A DNA stretch of 64,000 nucleotides, from the IMG/VR virus record IMGVR_UViG_3300045988_162372; one strand, given 5' to 3'. Each line of letters starts with the position of its first letter. The stretch's first letter is position 1. The position numbers were made by a program, and so were the translations under genes. Positions 34,314 through 44,176 of the stretch are shown in pieces. The notes beneath the pieces are model-generated. The model did no database searches. It worked only from the letters and a program-made list of their open reading frames with translations, and was not told the DNA's origin. The stretch is from a virus.

Positions 34314-34749
34314 TGCAAGACATTACAAAGACGAAATCAAAGATTTAGTTGGGAAGAAACTGCCTATTTGCGTTGACTTTGATGGTTGTTTATGCGCTCA
34401 TCATTATCCAATGATAGGCAAAGAAAATAAACCATGTGTTGAAGTATTAAAGAAATGGCAAGAAAATGGAGTAGGCATCATTCTTGACACAATGCGTGAC
34501 GGTAAACAACTTGAAGAAGCTGTGCAATGGTGCAAGGATAGAGGAATTAAATTGTACGGTATAGGTAAAGAACCAGGACAAGAAAAGTGGACTACAAGCA
34601 ACAAATGTTATGGAATATTCAGTGTTGATGATAGAAATCTTGGAGTACCTTTGGTTATAGAAGAAGGCGAGAGGCCAAGAGTTGATTGGAAAAAGATTGA
34701 TGAGCTATATACAGAGCAAATTTTAGAAATGGCAAAACCATACAAGTGA
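34285..34749 (+). CDS. HAD-superfamily-like phosphatase (tentative)
   Basis: CVDFDGCL (DxDx motif I-like), ILDTMR, FSVDDRN (motif IV-like). Confidence 0.45.
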   Translation: MKTKRNTIGDARHYKDEIKDLVGKKLPICVDFDGCLCAHHYPMIGKENKPCVEVLKKWQENGVGIILDTMRDGKQLEEAVQWCKDRGIKLYGIGKEPGQEKWTTSNKCYGIFSVDDRNLGVPLVIEEGERPRVDWKKIDELYTEQILEMAKPYK

Positions 34750-34750
34750 T

Positions 34751-35080
34751 ATGTTTATAAAAAAATTACCTAAAATTGTCGGAAAAAGATATGAACTACA
34801 GACAAACATTTATTATGTTCGTTTTAAAATTACAGACGAAAGTGAAATATATCTCGAAGATGTAATTATACATCCAAAATATCGTAGAAAAGGCTATTTG
34901 AGAAAGATAATGGATAATCTCTGCACTGAATACAAATGTTCTTTATTCTTTGAAAGCGCAAGAGATGAGCTTATTCCAATGTATGAGCATATAGGTGCTT
35001 TTGTCTATGAGCCTGACGAAAATGGAAATGTTTGTAGATGCAAAACAATGATATATGATCCTTTAGGCATAAATTATTGA
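34751..35080 (+). CDS. small GNAT-like acetyltransferase (tentative)
   Basis: IIHPKYRRKGYLRKIMDNL resembles the GNAT motif A. Confidence 0.45.
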   Translation: MFIKKLPKIVGKRYELQTNIYYVRFKITDESEIYLEDVIIHPKYRRKGYLRKIMDNLCTEYKCSLFFESARDELIPMYEHIGAFVYEPDENGNVCRCKTMIYDPLGINY

Positions 35081-35132
35081 TTTTCTTGTTAATCATAGTT
35101 ATATTATATAAAAGATAAATATAAACACAATT

Positions 35133-35351
35133 ATGCAACAATATAGAAGATTTAAATTTGTAAAACCCTTTGTAGACCACGGTGAAGTCGTGCCAGCAGG
35201 TTCTGAACTTACGCTTATGGGTGATAGAGTATTTTTCAATGGTGGTCAGATTATGCCAGGTTTGCACAACCTATTCTATAACCTTATTATGCAGGAGATA
35301 AAAAAACCTTATTACTTGAGAGAAGTTCCTATTCCATATAACAAAGTCTAA
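35133..35351 (+). CDS. hypothetical protein
   Basis: 72-aa ORF. Confidence 0.5.
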   Translation: MQQYRRFKFVKPFVDHGEVVPAGSELTLMGDRVFFNGGQIMPGLHNLFYNLIMQEIKKPYYLREVPIPYNKV

Positions 35352-35360
35352 TTTTAATTA

Positions 35361-35885
35361 ATGCATCCGATAGTAGAATATATCAAGAATAGTTGGAAAG
35401 AACATAGGAATAATTCTGATAAAAAAAATACCTTTGCAGTCAATAGATACATATTCCCTCAAATAGTAGATATGCTATCTGATTGCAAAGATATTGCTTT
35501 CATTTCCATTGGTGAGACAAAAGATTGCATTGAATATAATAAGTTTGAGGATTATGGGCATTATCTTAAAGATAGTAAAAACGTATTGAATATTGACTTT
35601 GATGATTTAGAATGCGATTTTACTTTTGAAGGATACAACTTTAAAGCAATTACTGACGAACAAGCAGTACAGATATATGATTTTCTCATGAAACATTCGG
35701 ATAAACATATTATCTGTCATTGCAGGGCAGGAAAGAGCAGAAGTGCAGCAATTTCAGAGTTTCTTTTGCAGATGTTTTCTGACAAATATGAAGAATGTGA
35801 AGCGAACAGAATAAATAGTGATAAAACTCCAAACGGAGAAGTATTAAGAAAATTAAAAAGAATATATTATGAATACCCAAACTAA
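35361..35885 (+). CDS. cysteine phosphatase (PTP/dual-specificity or RNA 5'-phosphatase type)
   Basis: HCX5R(S/T) signature ICHCRAGKSRS. Confidence 0.75.
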   Translation: MHPIVEYIKNSWKEHRNNSDKKNTFAVNRYIFPQIVDMLSDCKDIAFISIGETKDCIEYNKFEDYGHYLKDSKNVLNIDFDDLECDFTFEGYNFKAITDEQAVQIYDFLMKHSDKHIICHCRAGKSRSAAISEFLLQMFSDKYEECEANRINSDKTPNGEVLRKLKRIYYEYPN

Positions 35886-36045
35886 AAGAAAAACTTTATA
35901 TACAGCTTATAATAATTTATACAAGTATTGCAAACGATTAGCTTTAAAGGTTTCAGATACATTTAGAAAAAGAGCTATAGAATGTTTGCATAAGATGTCT
36001 GATGAACAAATAAATGAACTATATAAACAATATAAAGAAAAATGA
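35869..36045 (+). CDS. hypothetical small protein (58 aa, below ORF-track cutoff)
   Basis: hand-translated MNTQTKRKTLYTAY...YKQYKEK; ATGA overlap with next gene. Confidence 0.4.
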   Translation: MNTQTKRKTLYTAYNNLYKYCKRLALKVSDTFRKRAIECLHKMSDEQINELYKQYKEK

Positions 36046-36686
36046 CAACTCAACAGATATGGTTCACTTCGGATATCCACGCCTTCCATAAAAACATCCT
36101 AAAACATTGTCCTGAACGGCAAAAGATATGTGGAGCAAAAGATGAAAACGATGTCGAAGCATGGGATAAGTGGATGATTGAGAAATGGAATTCTACCATT
36201 TCCAAGAAAGATATGGTGTATATTCTTGGAGATTTTGCCTTCGGCTCTCCTGAAAGTGTAAGAAAACTTTTGGATAAATTACACGGAAAGAAATTCCTTA
36301 TTCTTGGCAACCATGACAAATCTTCTGAACATCTTGATAATTATTTCGTGCAAATAACCCAACAGAAATTGGTAACATTTAAGAAGTCTAACTTTGATTT
36401 TCTTGACGAGGACTTTCAAGTATTTATGTGCCATTATCCGATGGTTACTTGGGCAAGTAAACATTATGGTGTGATAAATGCACATGGTCACTGTCATGGA
36501 AGATTGGATGATTATAATGAAGCATCAACAGATTTACGTGTAGATGTTGGAATTGATGGAAAACTTGCAAATTTCAAGTTCATTACCCTTGAACAAATAT
36601 ATAGGTATTTCAAAGAGAAAACCAAAGGAGAGAAGTTTATCCACTATGCGATGGAGAAGAAAAACGAGAACTTAATGGTGATATAA
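36042..36686 (+). CDS. calcineurin-like metallophosphoesterase
   Basis: FTSDIHAFH, ILGDF, LGNHD, AHGHCHG motifs. Confidence 0.8.
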   Translation: MTTQQIWFTSDIHAFHKNILKHCPERQKICGAKDENDVEAWDKWMIEKWNSTISKKDMVYILGDFAFGSPESVRKLLDKLHGKKFLILGNHDKSSEHLDNYFVQITQQKLVTFKKSNFDFLDEDFQVFMCHYPMVTWASKHYGVINAHGHCHGRLDDYNEASTDLRVDVGIDGKLANFKFITLEQIYRYFKEKTKGEKFIHYAMEKKNENLMVI

Positions 36687-36718
36687 TTATCTTTTAACAG
36701 TTTTTTAACACGGAATAT

Positions 36719-36749
36719 TTTGTCATATACAAATATATTCGTACCTTTG
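36719..36749 (+). promoter_or_regulatory. Bacteroidota-type promoter (-33/-7)
   Basis: TTTG-N19-TACCTTTG upstream of ATG 36805. Confidence 0.65.
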
Positions 36750-36804
36750 CAACAGAAAACGAGAAAAGAACTCAAAGTTTAACATTTTAAAAAGACATTT
36801 AGTT

Positions 36805-37317
36805 ATGAGCAGAAAATTGAAAGTAGGAGAATCTGTACGAGTTAATGAAACTGGTGAATACGGAGTTATTAAAGGACGTGAGATTGTGCCTACTGATAGT
36901 AAGCGTATTGAAATTCAGTACATTGTGAAAACTGGTGAGGGAATTAACAAATGGAAGGCATATTCCAAGAAGGAGTTGTCGCCAATTGTCAAGACAAATA
37001 CGGAAGTATATCCAAAAGTATATACCAATATGTTCATTGATGACAAGACAGACCGTGAACTGATGTTGGTAGCCATTGTTGGCAAGAATTACGTTAACCA
37101 CAAGGTTCTTCGCATGGGATATGCTTTGCGTCATCCTCACGATGAGAGTAATACCAAGATGGCATTGAAGATTGCAAAGCATCGTGCTATTGAACGTCCT
37201 ATCTGCATCTTGGAAAGCTATTACAAGGGTGAGTTCAATGAAGATACTGTTAATTCATTGATGTCCGCAAAGGCTCGCTACATCTTTACTCATTTGGAGA
37301 ACTTTGTGAAGAAGTAA
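36805..37317 (+). CDS. hypothetical protein
   Basis: 170-aa ORF bracketed by its own promoter and terminator. Confidence 0.6.
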   Translation: MSRKLKVGESVRVNETGEYGVIKGREIVPTDSKRIEIQYIVKTGEGINKWKAYSKKELSPIVKTNTEVYPKVYTNMFIDDKTDRELMLVAIVGKNYVNHKVLRMGYALRHPHDESNTKMALKIAKHRAIERPICILESYYKGEFNEDTVNSLMSAKARYIFTHLENFVKK

Positions 37318-37350
37318 ATCTTTGTAATTTAATTTTGTTGTTGTTTTTTG

Positions 37351-37405
37351 GAATGCGGAGGAAATAAGTCAATATGGCATTTGTTTCTTTCGCATTCTTT
37401 TATTA
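37351..37405 (+). terminator. rho-independent terminator
   Basis: about 18-bp stem GAATGCGGAGGAAATAAG / CATTTGTTTCTTTCGCATTC (several G-U pairs) then TTTTATTATTTT. Confidence 0.6.
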
Positions 37406-37416
37406 TTTTGAAATAT

Positions 37417-37809
37417 ATGATCGATAATTCAAAAGAATATATAGCTTGTTCTGCCTTACATTATGATAACGGCAAAAAATATCATTTCATGGAAGGTTAT
37501 GGAATCAAAAGTGGCTTCGTAATAGGTGGATTACGTCATCCTTTCATTATGTCTGTTTTACCTGAAAATGTATATGTAGCAGAAGAAAGGCAAAAAGAAT
37601 TAAATCCAGAACTTGAATGGAACAAGGATTTAGAAAAACATGAAGTCATACAAGGTTTCATTACCTCGTATGGTCGTTTTGTCGATAGAAAAGAAGCAAT
37701 GAAAATAGCTTTGGAATGTGGTCAAGTTAAAAAAGAAGAACTTGGGAATGAAAGAATTGGTCTATTTTCAGAAGACATATTTCCCGAACAAGCGTATTAT
37801 GCAAAATAA
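37417..37809 (+). CDS. hypothetical protein
   Basis: ATG 37417 (MIDNSKEY..) after terminator; 37348 extension runs through the hairpin. Confidence 0.55.
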   Translation: MIDNSKEYIACSALHYDNGKKYHFMEGYGIKSGFVIGGLRHPFIMSVLPENVYVAEERQKELNPELEWNKDLEKHEVIQGFITSYGRFVDRKEAMKIALECGQVKKEELGNERIGLFSEDIFPEQAYYAK

Positions 37810-37829
37810 TAACTATAAAAAATAATAGT

Positions 37830-38624
37830 ATGGCACAGAGTGGTTTTAAGAAGATATTGGTTATTGGCGATAACCATGAACAGATAATAAAGAAATATTC
37901 TGCCGACACAAAGGTAGAAAAGTACGTTTATATGAAACGTGATGATGCCGAGAAGAATCAACGCAAATATTTGAAATATTTGGACACGCTGTTGAATAAC
38001 ACGGAAATCAAGCTTCCAGAATACCAGAGAGAGGTATACCAAGACCTTTATATGGATATCAAGGAAATGGATGATTTTGAATATTACCTTTATGCAACAA
38101 AAGGCTGTACTTATGACGAAGACAATGGTGATGCCTTGACTGATAAGAATCCTAATGCACATTATCAATATGAAAAATGTTATCAGAAATCTCTTTTGAA
38201 ATATGGAGAGGAAGGTGAAGGAACATTCTCCAATCCGTTTCATTTGTTGGACGGAAGCCTATCATATTCAGCAAAGAAAGAAGATATTGATTGGAGCGTG
38301 GAACATATGTACCATATTGATATATATGAAGCAGCTTGGGATATTGTAGTCAATGGACGTGAACCACAAAACAAACAGGAGGAAATCATAAAGAATAATA
38401 TGTCAAGAAAGCTCAATTACTTTATGAATTTCAAAAACAAGGATGAATATGTAAAACATTCTTGCTCATTCTGGTGTTATGGAGTTGCAACTGATAAGGA
38501 ATATATTGAAATGGACGGAACAACAGAAGACAAGCAGTGGGTTGCGAACTTTTATGACAGATTTATTGTTCCTCTTCCTGATGATACATTACTTACAATA
38601 TATGAAGCGAAATCGTTAAATTAA
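37830..38624 (+). CDS. hypothetical protein
   Basis: 264-aa ORF; no motif recognised. Confidence 0.6.
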   Translation: MAQSGFKKILVIGDNHEQIIKKYSADTKVEKYVYMKRDDAEKNQRKYLKYLDTLLNNTEIKLPEYQREVYQDLYMDIKEMDDFEYYLYATKGCTYDEDNGDALTDKNPNAHYQYEKCYQKSLLKYGEEGEGTFSNPFHLLDGSLSYSAKKEDIDWSVEHMYHIDIYEAAWDIVVNGREPQNKQEEIIKNNMSRKLNYFMNFKNKDEYVKHSCSFWCYGVATDKEYIEMDGTTEDKQWVANFYDRFIVPLPDDTLLTIYEAKSLN

Positions 38625-38650
38625 ACAAGAAACTTAAAAACCTTTCTACA

Positions 38651-39694
38651 ATGGATATATATGATATAATTGAGGAAGAATATGCCTCTTATGTGTTTAG
38701 AAACAAGACATTAAATACATTGGGTACATTCCTATTTGAAAGCCGTAGAATAAATGATGAGGTGAATGAGCTAACTAATAAAATATCTGATTATATTATG
38801 CAGAATCCATCTGTTGAATTACAAACAGGTACAAATGGAAAGATGTATTTTAAATATTTACCTAAATTTGATATAGGAACGAATTATTTCATGCTCTATC
38901 CTAATATCATAATAAAAATAATTTTATCAGATAAAAAAGGCAAATCAGACAGTTCGATTTCACCTTCCTCCAAAGAAGTTCCATTTAAAAATAATAAATT
39001 AAATAACCCTACTATTATAATTAGGCATACCAATACACGGCCTGTAATTGATAAAACTTTATTAGAAAATGCTTTAAGCCATGAAATAATGCATGGTTAT
39101 CGAATGTTACAAATATATTTGAGAAATGAAAAAGATAACGGTAATAGAGACGTTAAACGTCAAAAACTTTATAATAACATTTCTGATTTTACTAATGATG
39201 ATGAATTTGTACATCTTATTAAAACATCATATTATATTACGGATATAGATGAAATCAATGCTAATGCAGCTTCTGAAGCTCATTATATATTATCAAACAA
39301 AAATATCCATTTTTATAATTATAAAGAATATCTTAACAAAATACCTTTTTATGATAAAATAAATGAAATTAGAAATAATATTAATCTTATTAAAAATTTA
39401 ATCGCAAATAACGAAGAAAATAAAAAGATATTTGGACAAATAATTTCACTCGTCATTTATCAAGGAAAATATGAAAATAATCCATTAATTGCATTTAATA
39501 AGTTATATAATAGATTACAAAGAACATATACATATTGTATAAGACGTTTTTATGATATATTATGGTCAGCATTAGATAAAGATAATAGAGATAGAGTTTC
39601 TCCAATATATCAAAATAAAATGACACAAGAGGAATTGCATCGAGAATTATTAAAGTTATTAAAGGAAAGCAAAAGAAATGTTAAGAAAAAGTAA
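38651..39694 (+). CDS. HExxH (gluzincin-like) protein, paralog of 27969..28880
   Basis: LSHEIMHGY followed about 45 aa later by YYITDIDEINA. Confidence 0.45.
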   Translation: MDIYDIIEEEYASYVFRNKTLNTLGTFLFESRRINDEVNELTNKISDYIMQNPSVELQTGTNGKMYFKYLPKFDIGTNYFMLYPNIIIKIILSDKKGKSDSSISPSSKEVPFKNNKLNNPTIIIRHTNTRPVIDKTLLENALSHEIMHGYRMLQIYLRNEKDNGNRDVKRQKLYNNISDFTNDDEFVHLIKTSYYITDIDEINANAASEAHYILSNKNIHFYNYKEYLNKIPFYDKINEIRNNINLIKNLIANNEENKKIFGQIISLVIYQGKYENNPLIAFNKLYNRLQRTYTYCIRRFYDILWSALDKDNRDRVSPIYQNKMTQEELHRELLKLLKESKRNVKKK

Positions 39695-39731
39695 TGTCAT
39701 AATTTTATTTTTTTTTTTTAACTAAAAATAT

Positions 39732-39762
39732 TTTGGTATGATTATTTAATATCATATCTTTG
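39732..39762 (+). promoter_or_regulatory. Bacteroidota-type promoter (-33/-7)
   Basis: TTTG-N19-TATCTTTG upstream of ATG 39791; preceded by a T12 run (39708-39719). Confidence 0.65.
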
Positions 39763-39790
39763 TAAGGCGAAATTAAAATTAAATATTATC

Positions 39791-41122
39791 ATGAAATTTG
39801 TAGAATTATTTGATAACGATATGAAACCAAAGTGGGATATAATAGAAAACATCCCACAGTTTGCAGCACTTAAGACAACCAAGCAAAGCAATACTTGGCA
39901 TAAAGAGGGTGATGCTCTTAGGCATACACGGCTTGTTGTTGAAAATATGCAAAGAGAATTGGATGAACAGAATATTGACAATCATTCTGCATATTATCTT
40001 GTAATGATGTCTGCCGCACTTTGTCATGACTTAGGCAAGGCAACTTCAACCAAATGGGATAAAGAGAAGAATGACTATGTATGTAATCATCATGGACAAG
40101 CAGGTGAGAATATTACCCGTATGTTGTTTTATGATGAGAAATTTATCATAAGGGAACTTGTATGCTATATGGTACGTTGGCATATGAATTTACATCATAT
40201 CTTGGATGATGAGGAAAAAGTTGATGAGAAACTGATAAATATGGCTCACGGATGGGTATCAATTCAAGATATGTTACTTCTCAACAAATGTGATTCTCTT
40301 GGAAGCCAGAATGACATTGAAACAAGAGAATTCCTTGAGAACAGATGGGATACCATTAAGGAAAGAGCAGAGAAGTTGGATGTATTTGATATGGTCTATG
40401 ATGATTATAATACGAAACATATATGTGAAAATCTGAATACTGCCCTAAATGCATCTAATCCAATTGCTCCATTTTCATTTATGACACTAAATTGGAGGGA
40501 TGTGCGAGAGTCTTGTAGTAATATATTGAGGCATACTCCTATAAATTGGAAAACAAATAATATAAAGATATTAAATCAATTCACTGTCTTTATGATGGTA
40601 GGTATTCCTGGAAGTGGTAAAGATACTATTATACGAAAATACTTAAATGATATTCCAACTGTATGTAGAGATGATATCCGCACTGAAATAGGTATTCAAG
40701 GAGAGAAGCCTATGGGTAATAAAGAACAGGAGAAGAAAGTGACTCAAATATTCGAGGAAAGAATGTTGGAATATTGCAAACAAGGTAAGAGTTTTGTTAT
40801 TAATAATACAAACCTTAAAAAGCAATACCGTAACAGATTCTTGGATATCATAAAGCCTTATAAACCAGTCGTGATTTATATTTATGTGGAAGCTCCGTCA
40901 ATAGTTGATAATTTTGCAAGACGTGCTGGACAAATAGATAAGGATATAATACGCAGGATGGCTTCAAACTTTGATTTCCCTTATCCTACGGAATATACTA
41001 CTTTGTGGCTCGATATACAAGGTGAACCACAATTCACTGAAATATATGGTAACGCAATGATGAGTCATATAATTCAAGATATGATGCAACCAAGAAAGAA
41101 GAAAGATGAACAAGAACATTAA
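39791..41122 (+). CDS. HD-Pnk: HD phosphoesterase fused to P-loop polynucleotide 5'-kinase
   Basis: N-terminal H..(ALRHTRLV)..CHDLGKA..HHG HD domain; C-terminal MMVGIPGSGKDT Walker A, CRDDIR, NNTNL; same architecture as bacterial HD-Pnk end-healing enzymes. Confidence 0.8.
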   Translation: MKFVELFDNDMKPKWDIIENIPQFAALKTTKQSNTWHKEGDALRHTRLVVENMQRELDEQNIDNHSAYYLVMMSAALCHDLGKATSTKWDKEKNDYVCNHHGQAGENITRMLFYDEKFIIRELVCYMVRWHMNLHHILDDEEKVDEKLINMAHGWVSIQDMLLLNKCDSLGSQNDIETREFLENRWDTIKERAEKLDVFDMVYDDYNTKHICENLNTALNASNPIAPFSFMTLNWRDVRESCSNILRHTPINWKTNNIKILNQFTVFMMVGIPGSGKDTIIRKYLNDIPTVCRDDIRTEIGIQGEKPMGNKEQEKKVTQIFEERMLEYCKQGKSFVINNTNLKKQYRNRFLDIIKPYKPVVIYIYVEAPSIVDNFARRAGQIDKDIIRRMASNFDFPYPTEYTTLWLDIQGEPQFTEIYGNAMMSHIIQDMMQPRKKKDEQEH

Positions 41123-41369
41123 TCTATTTGGTGAGGACATCACTAAAGAAATCGAAGCAGAGGAAAGGAAACATAAATATTCAGAAAGGGCTAAGAAAGC
41201 GGCCGAAACAAGGAAAAGACATAAGGCTGAACAAGAAGCCCTTTTTGATAAAATGTTCACCATTGCGAGAAGTGAATGTGATTTATTTGGTAATAAATAT
41301 ACCGACGAGGAAAGAAAAGAAGCTGAGAAATATATTAGGGAAAACTTTAAAAAAAGAAATAAGAAATGA
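41106..41369 (+). CDS. hypothetical Lys/Glu-rich protein
   Basis: 87-aa ORF. Confidence 0.5.
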   Translation: MNKNINLFGEDITKEIEAEERKHKYSERAKKAAETRKRHKAEQEALFDKMFTIARSECDLFGNKYTDEERKEAEKYIRENFKKRNKK

Positions 41370-41785
41370 TAGTATCAGAAGAATTTTTGCTTGAGAAATT
41401 AAAAGGATACAAACAGAAAACTTGGTCAGGACATTGGACTAACAAGGGAAACATCCACTTTATTTTGTGGAATTTGTTAGGAATATTCAACGGACATTAT
41501 AATGTGGTTGTTAATCCAGAAACCTTTGAATATCGAGTTAAAAAGCATAGTGAATATGGTAATCTTGTTTCATACCTACCAACACAAGAAACAACCGTTT
41601 GGACAAAAGAAAATATGTCACAAGAACAAATAGATTATATTGAGCCTTGTATTGCCAAAACTTTGTATGATTTGCTATACCCTTCGATTTTTTCTTATAA
41701 TACAAAAGAAGGTTATTCCCAATGGTTATCCAATCTTCTTGTGGATGATGATACGTTTGAATTTACCTGGAAATGGCGAGAATAA
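41366..41785 (+). CDS. hypothetical protein
   Basis: 139-aa ORF, ATGA overlap. Confidence 0.55.
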   Translation: MIVSEEFLLEKLKGYKQKTWSGHWTNKGNIHFILWNLLGIFNGHYNVVVNPETFEYRVKKHSEYGNLVSYLPTQETTVWTKENMSQEQIDYIEPCIAKTLYDLLYPSIFSYNTKEGYSQWLSNLLVDDDTFEFTWKWRE

Positions 41786-41802
41786 ATTAAAAAATATAAA
41801 AT

Positions 41803-42489
41803 ATGGAATATACTCTTGAAACAAGTTCAGAAACTTTTATTAATAAAATAAAAAAATTTCTTCATTATGGAAACATAATGATAGATTTGGAAACATTGTC
41901 TACCAGAACCAATGCATCCATAATAAGCGTTGCTGCCGTAGAATTTGGATTAAATGGTGATACTGGCAGGGAAATGATATTAAAAATCAAACCATCAGAA
42001 TGGGGAAAATATGATAGACATATTGATGGTAATACAATCGCATGGTGGATGGGACAAGATGCAGAGGCTGTTAAAAACCTTTTTGCAAAGGACGGGGAAG
42101 ATTTCACGTTGCTTGATGCCTTATCTCATTTGTCTGATTTTGTAAAAGAATGTGATATGCCTATACCAATTACGCAAGAACAAGAAATGACTGCCAGTTT
42201 TATGAGCAGTTTCAGATACAGTGATGTAAAAGACAAAAGGATTAAAGTATGGGGAAATGGTTCTACAATGGATATTACAATTCTTCAATCTGCTTATGAG
42301 TATTTCAATATGCAGATACCGTGGCAATATTGGGCTGTAAATGATGTGCGTACTATTGTGGATTTAAACCCTGAAATTAAAAAGAACTGTACTTTTGAAG
42401 GTGTGAAACATAATCCTATTGACGATTGTAATTATCAGATTAAATATATGACTGAAACAATTAAAAATATTAGAGAAAATAGATATTAA
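41803..42489 (+). CDS. DEDDh 3'-5' exonuclease (Rv2179c-like exoribonuclease type)
   Basis: MIDLETLS (DxE), WGNGSTMDITIL (D), HNPIDDCNYQ (H-x4-D). Confidence 0.75.
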   Translation: MEYTLETSSETFINKIKKFLHYGNIMIDLETLSTRTNASIISVAAVEFGLNGDTGREMILKIKPSEWGKYDRHIDGNTIAWWMGQDAEAVKNLFAKDGEDFTLLDALSHLSDFVKECDMPIPITQEQEMTASFMSSFRYSDVKDKRIKVWGNGSTMDITILQSAYEYFNMQIPWQYWAVNDVRTIVDLNPEIKKNCTFEGVKHNPIDDCNYQIKYMTETIKNIRENRY

Positions 42490-42545
42490 TTTTTTTTACA
42501 AAAATTATATGTTGAAAATATTTTCGCATTAAAAAATTTAAAAAT

Positions 42546-42983
42546 ATGGCACTTTTGAAACTTATAGTTTATGCATTGTTAATTTGTACTGGGGTAATAG
42601 GGTTAATTTGCTTCGGATACTATTTATTATTCATCTTAAAAACTAATTTCGCAGAAACAAGAAAATATTTGGATCAATTTCCTGATAAATTTAAAAATTA
42701 TACTGATGAATATCATTCTTATTGTAATGGTGATATTCTAATACACTTATATGATAATAGGGATACAAAACGTTTGTACAATAGATATACAGTTACGATT
42801 GAATATAATTTATTGGGTTACATTATATATAATGATGCTATTAATATAATACGAGTACCGTATCCGTTTTTCAAAAAGGAAAGAAAGTGGCTTAATAATT
42901 TATTTAGACAAAAATATGAAAGAGTTAAAAAGCAAGAGATGAAAGAAATGAACAAATTAATAGAAGTAATGAAAAATAATTAG
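42546..42983 (+). CDS. membrane-anchored protein
   Basis: 145 aa, N-terminal helix. Confidence 0.55.
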   Translation: MALLKLIVYALLICTGVIGLICFGYYLLFILKTNFAETRKYLDQFPDKFKNYTDEYHSYCNGDILIHLYDNRDTKRLYNRYTVTIEYNLLGYIIYNDAINIIRVPYPFFKKERKWLNNLFRQKYERVKKQEMKEMNKLIEVMKNN

Positions 42984-42987
42984 AAAT

Positions 42988-43215
42988 ATGGAAAAGAAAG
43001 AACTAAACGAACACAATGAGTGTTATTATTGCAAACTCATGTACCGTATTCCTGGTGATGCGCATATTGGTTGTAAGAAGTTTTGTGAAGGTAATAAATT
43101 TAATGCACATGGCATTAGATGTGGATGGGTCGTAATTATGCCGATGCTTGACCTTTGCAATTTTGATCCTGTGTGGAAAGAAACCATGTGTCCGAATTTT
43201 GAAGAAAATAAATAA
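42988..43215 (+). CDS. hypothetical Cys-rich protein
   Basis: 75-aa ORF with seven Cys. Confidence 0.5.
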   Translation: MEKKELNEHNECYYCKLMYRIPGDAHIGCKKFCEGNKFNAHGIRCGWVVIMPMLDLCNFDPVWKETMCPNFEENK

Positions 43216-43235
43216 AACATTAAAATCATACAAAC

Positions 43236-43826
43236 ATGAAAAAGTTAAAAGAATGTTATAATTTGTATATTAACGAATGTATTGATAAAGATGCACTTAA
43301 AAGTCTGAATGAAGATATTATCAAGTATACAACGGAGATTGAGGAGATTTTATGTGAAAATGAGAATGAATTAAGAAGTTGTGGATATCCTATTCCAGAT
43401 AGAAATAATGTCACTAAACCTATTTTCTATCTTCACATAAATACTTTTGGCGGTTCTGTATATGACGGTCTTGGAATATACAACATCATCAGGAAATTGT
43501 CAGAAGATTATAAAGTCATCGCCTATTGTCGTGGCTATATCATGTCTATGGGTATTCCTATTATCCTTGCTGCGACAGAACGTTATTCATACCCTGATAC
43601 CACGTTTATGATACATGAAATAAGTAGTTTCTATTGGGGGAAATTGACTGAGGCAAAAGAAAACCTGCAAGAAATTGAACGTCTAAACAAAGCTATATGT
43701 GATATTATTGTTAGACACACTTCAATTACACAAGATATGTTGGATGATTGGTATAAACATAAGAAAGATGTGTTTATGTCGGCACAACAAGCACTTGATT
43801 ATAAGTTGATTGATAAAATACTCTAA
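43236..43826 (+). CDS. clpP: ClpP-like serine protease (S14)
   Basis: HINTFGGSVYDGLGIYNII, GYIMSMGIPIILAA (Ser), TFMIHE (His). Confidence 0.75.
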   Translation: MKKLKECYNLYINECIDKDALKSLNEDIIKYTTEIEEILCENENELRSCGYPIPDRNNVTKPIFYLHINTFGGSVYDGLGIYNIIRKLSEDYKVIAYCRGYIMSMGIPIILAATERYSYPDTTFMIHEISSFYWGKLTEAKENLQEIERLNKAICDIIVRHTSITQDMLDDWYKHKKDVFMSAQQALDYKLIDKIL

Positions 43827-43854
43827 TCAGTTATATTTTTTTAACGAAATATAT

Positions 43855-43885
43855 TTTGGTATAATTCTCTAATGTTGTACATTTG
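43855..43885 (+). promoter_or_regulatory. Bacteroidota-type promoter (-33/-7)
   Basis: TTTG-N19-TACATTTG upstream of ATG 43922. Confidence 0.6.
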
Positions 43886-43921
43886 CAATGTGAATAATAA
43901 AATACATATTGTAAATTAAAA

Positions 43922-44161
43922 ATGGAAAACAATGTTAGAGAATTTTTGGTATTGGAAGGTTATACAAATGATTTGTTGATGATAAATTCTTCAGGCTCAA
44001 TGAAAATGACAAGACTTATCAAGCTTGACCCAAACAATAAAGAATTGGATGAAGAAATTGTGGATATTGCTGTTACATCAACAAATGAATATGGAACGCA
44101 TCCGTTATTTGATGAGTTGCTTGGAAAGAAAATAAGATTAAAGGTAGAAATTTTGAAATAA
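43922..44161 (+). CDS. hypothetical protein
   Basis: 79-aa ORF after promoter. Confidence 0.5.
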   Translation: MENNVREFLVLEGYTNDLLMINSSGSMKMTRLIKLDPNNKELDEEIVDIAVTSTNEYGTHPLFDELLGKKIRLKVEILK

Positions 44162-44176
44162 TAAAAAGAGAATTGA

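Noticed and set aside
43236-43826. ClpP-like protease as evidence of a head-maturation (structural) module
   Set aside because: No portal, scaffold or major capsid candidates flank it. Its neighbours are small unknown ORFs and a phosphatase, so its role is left open.
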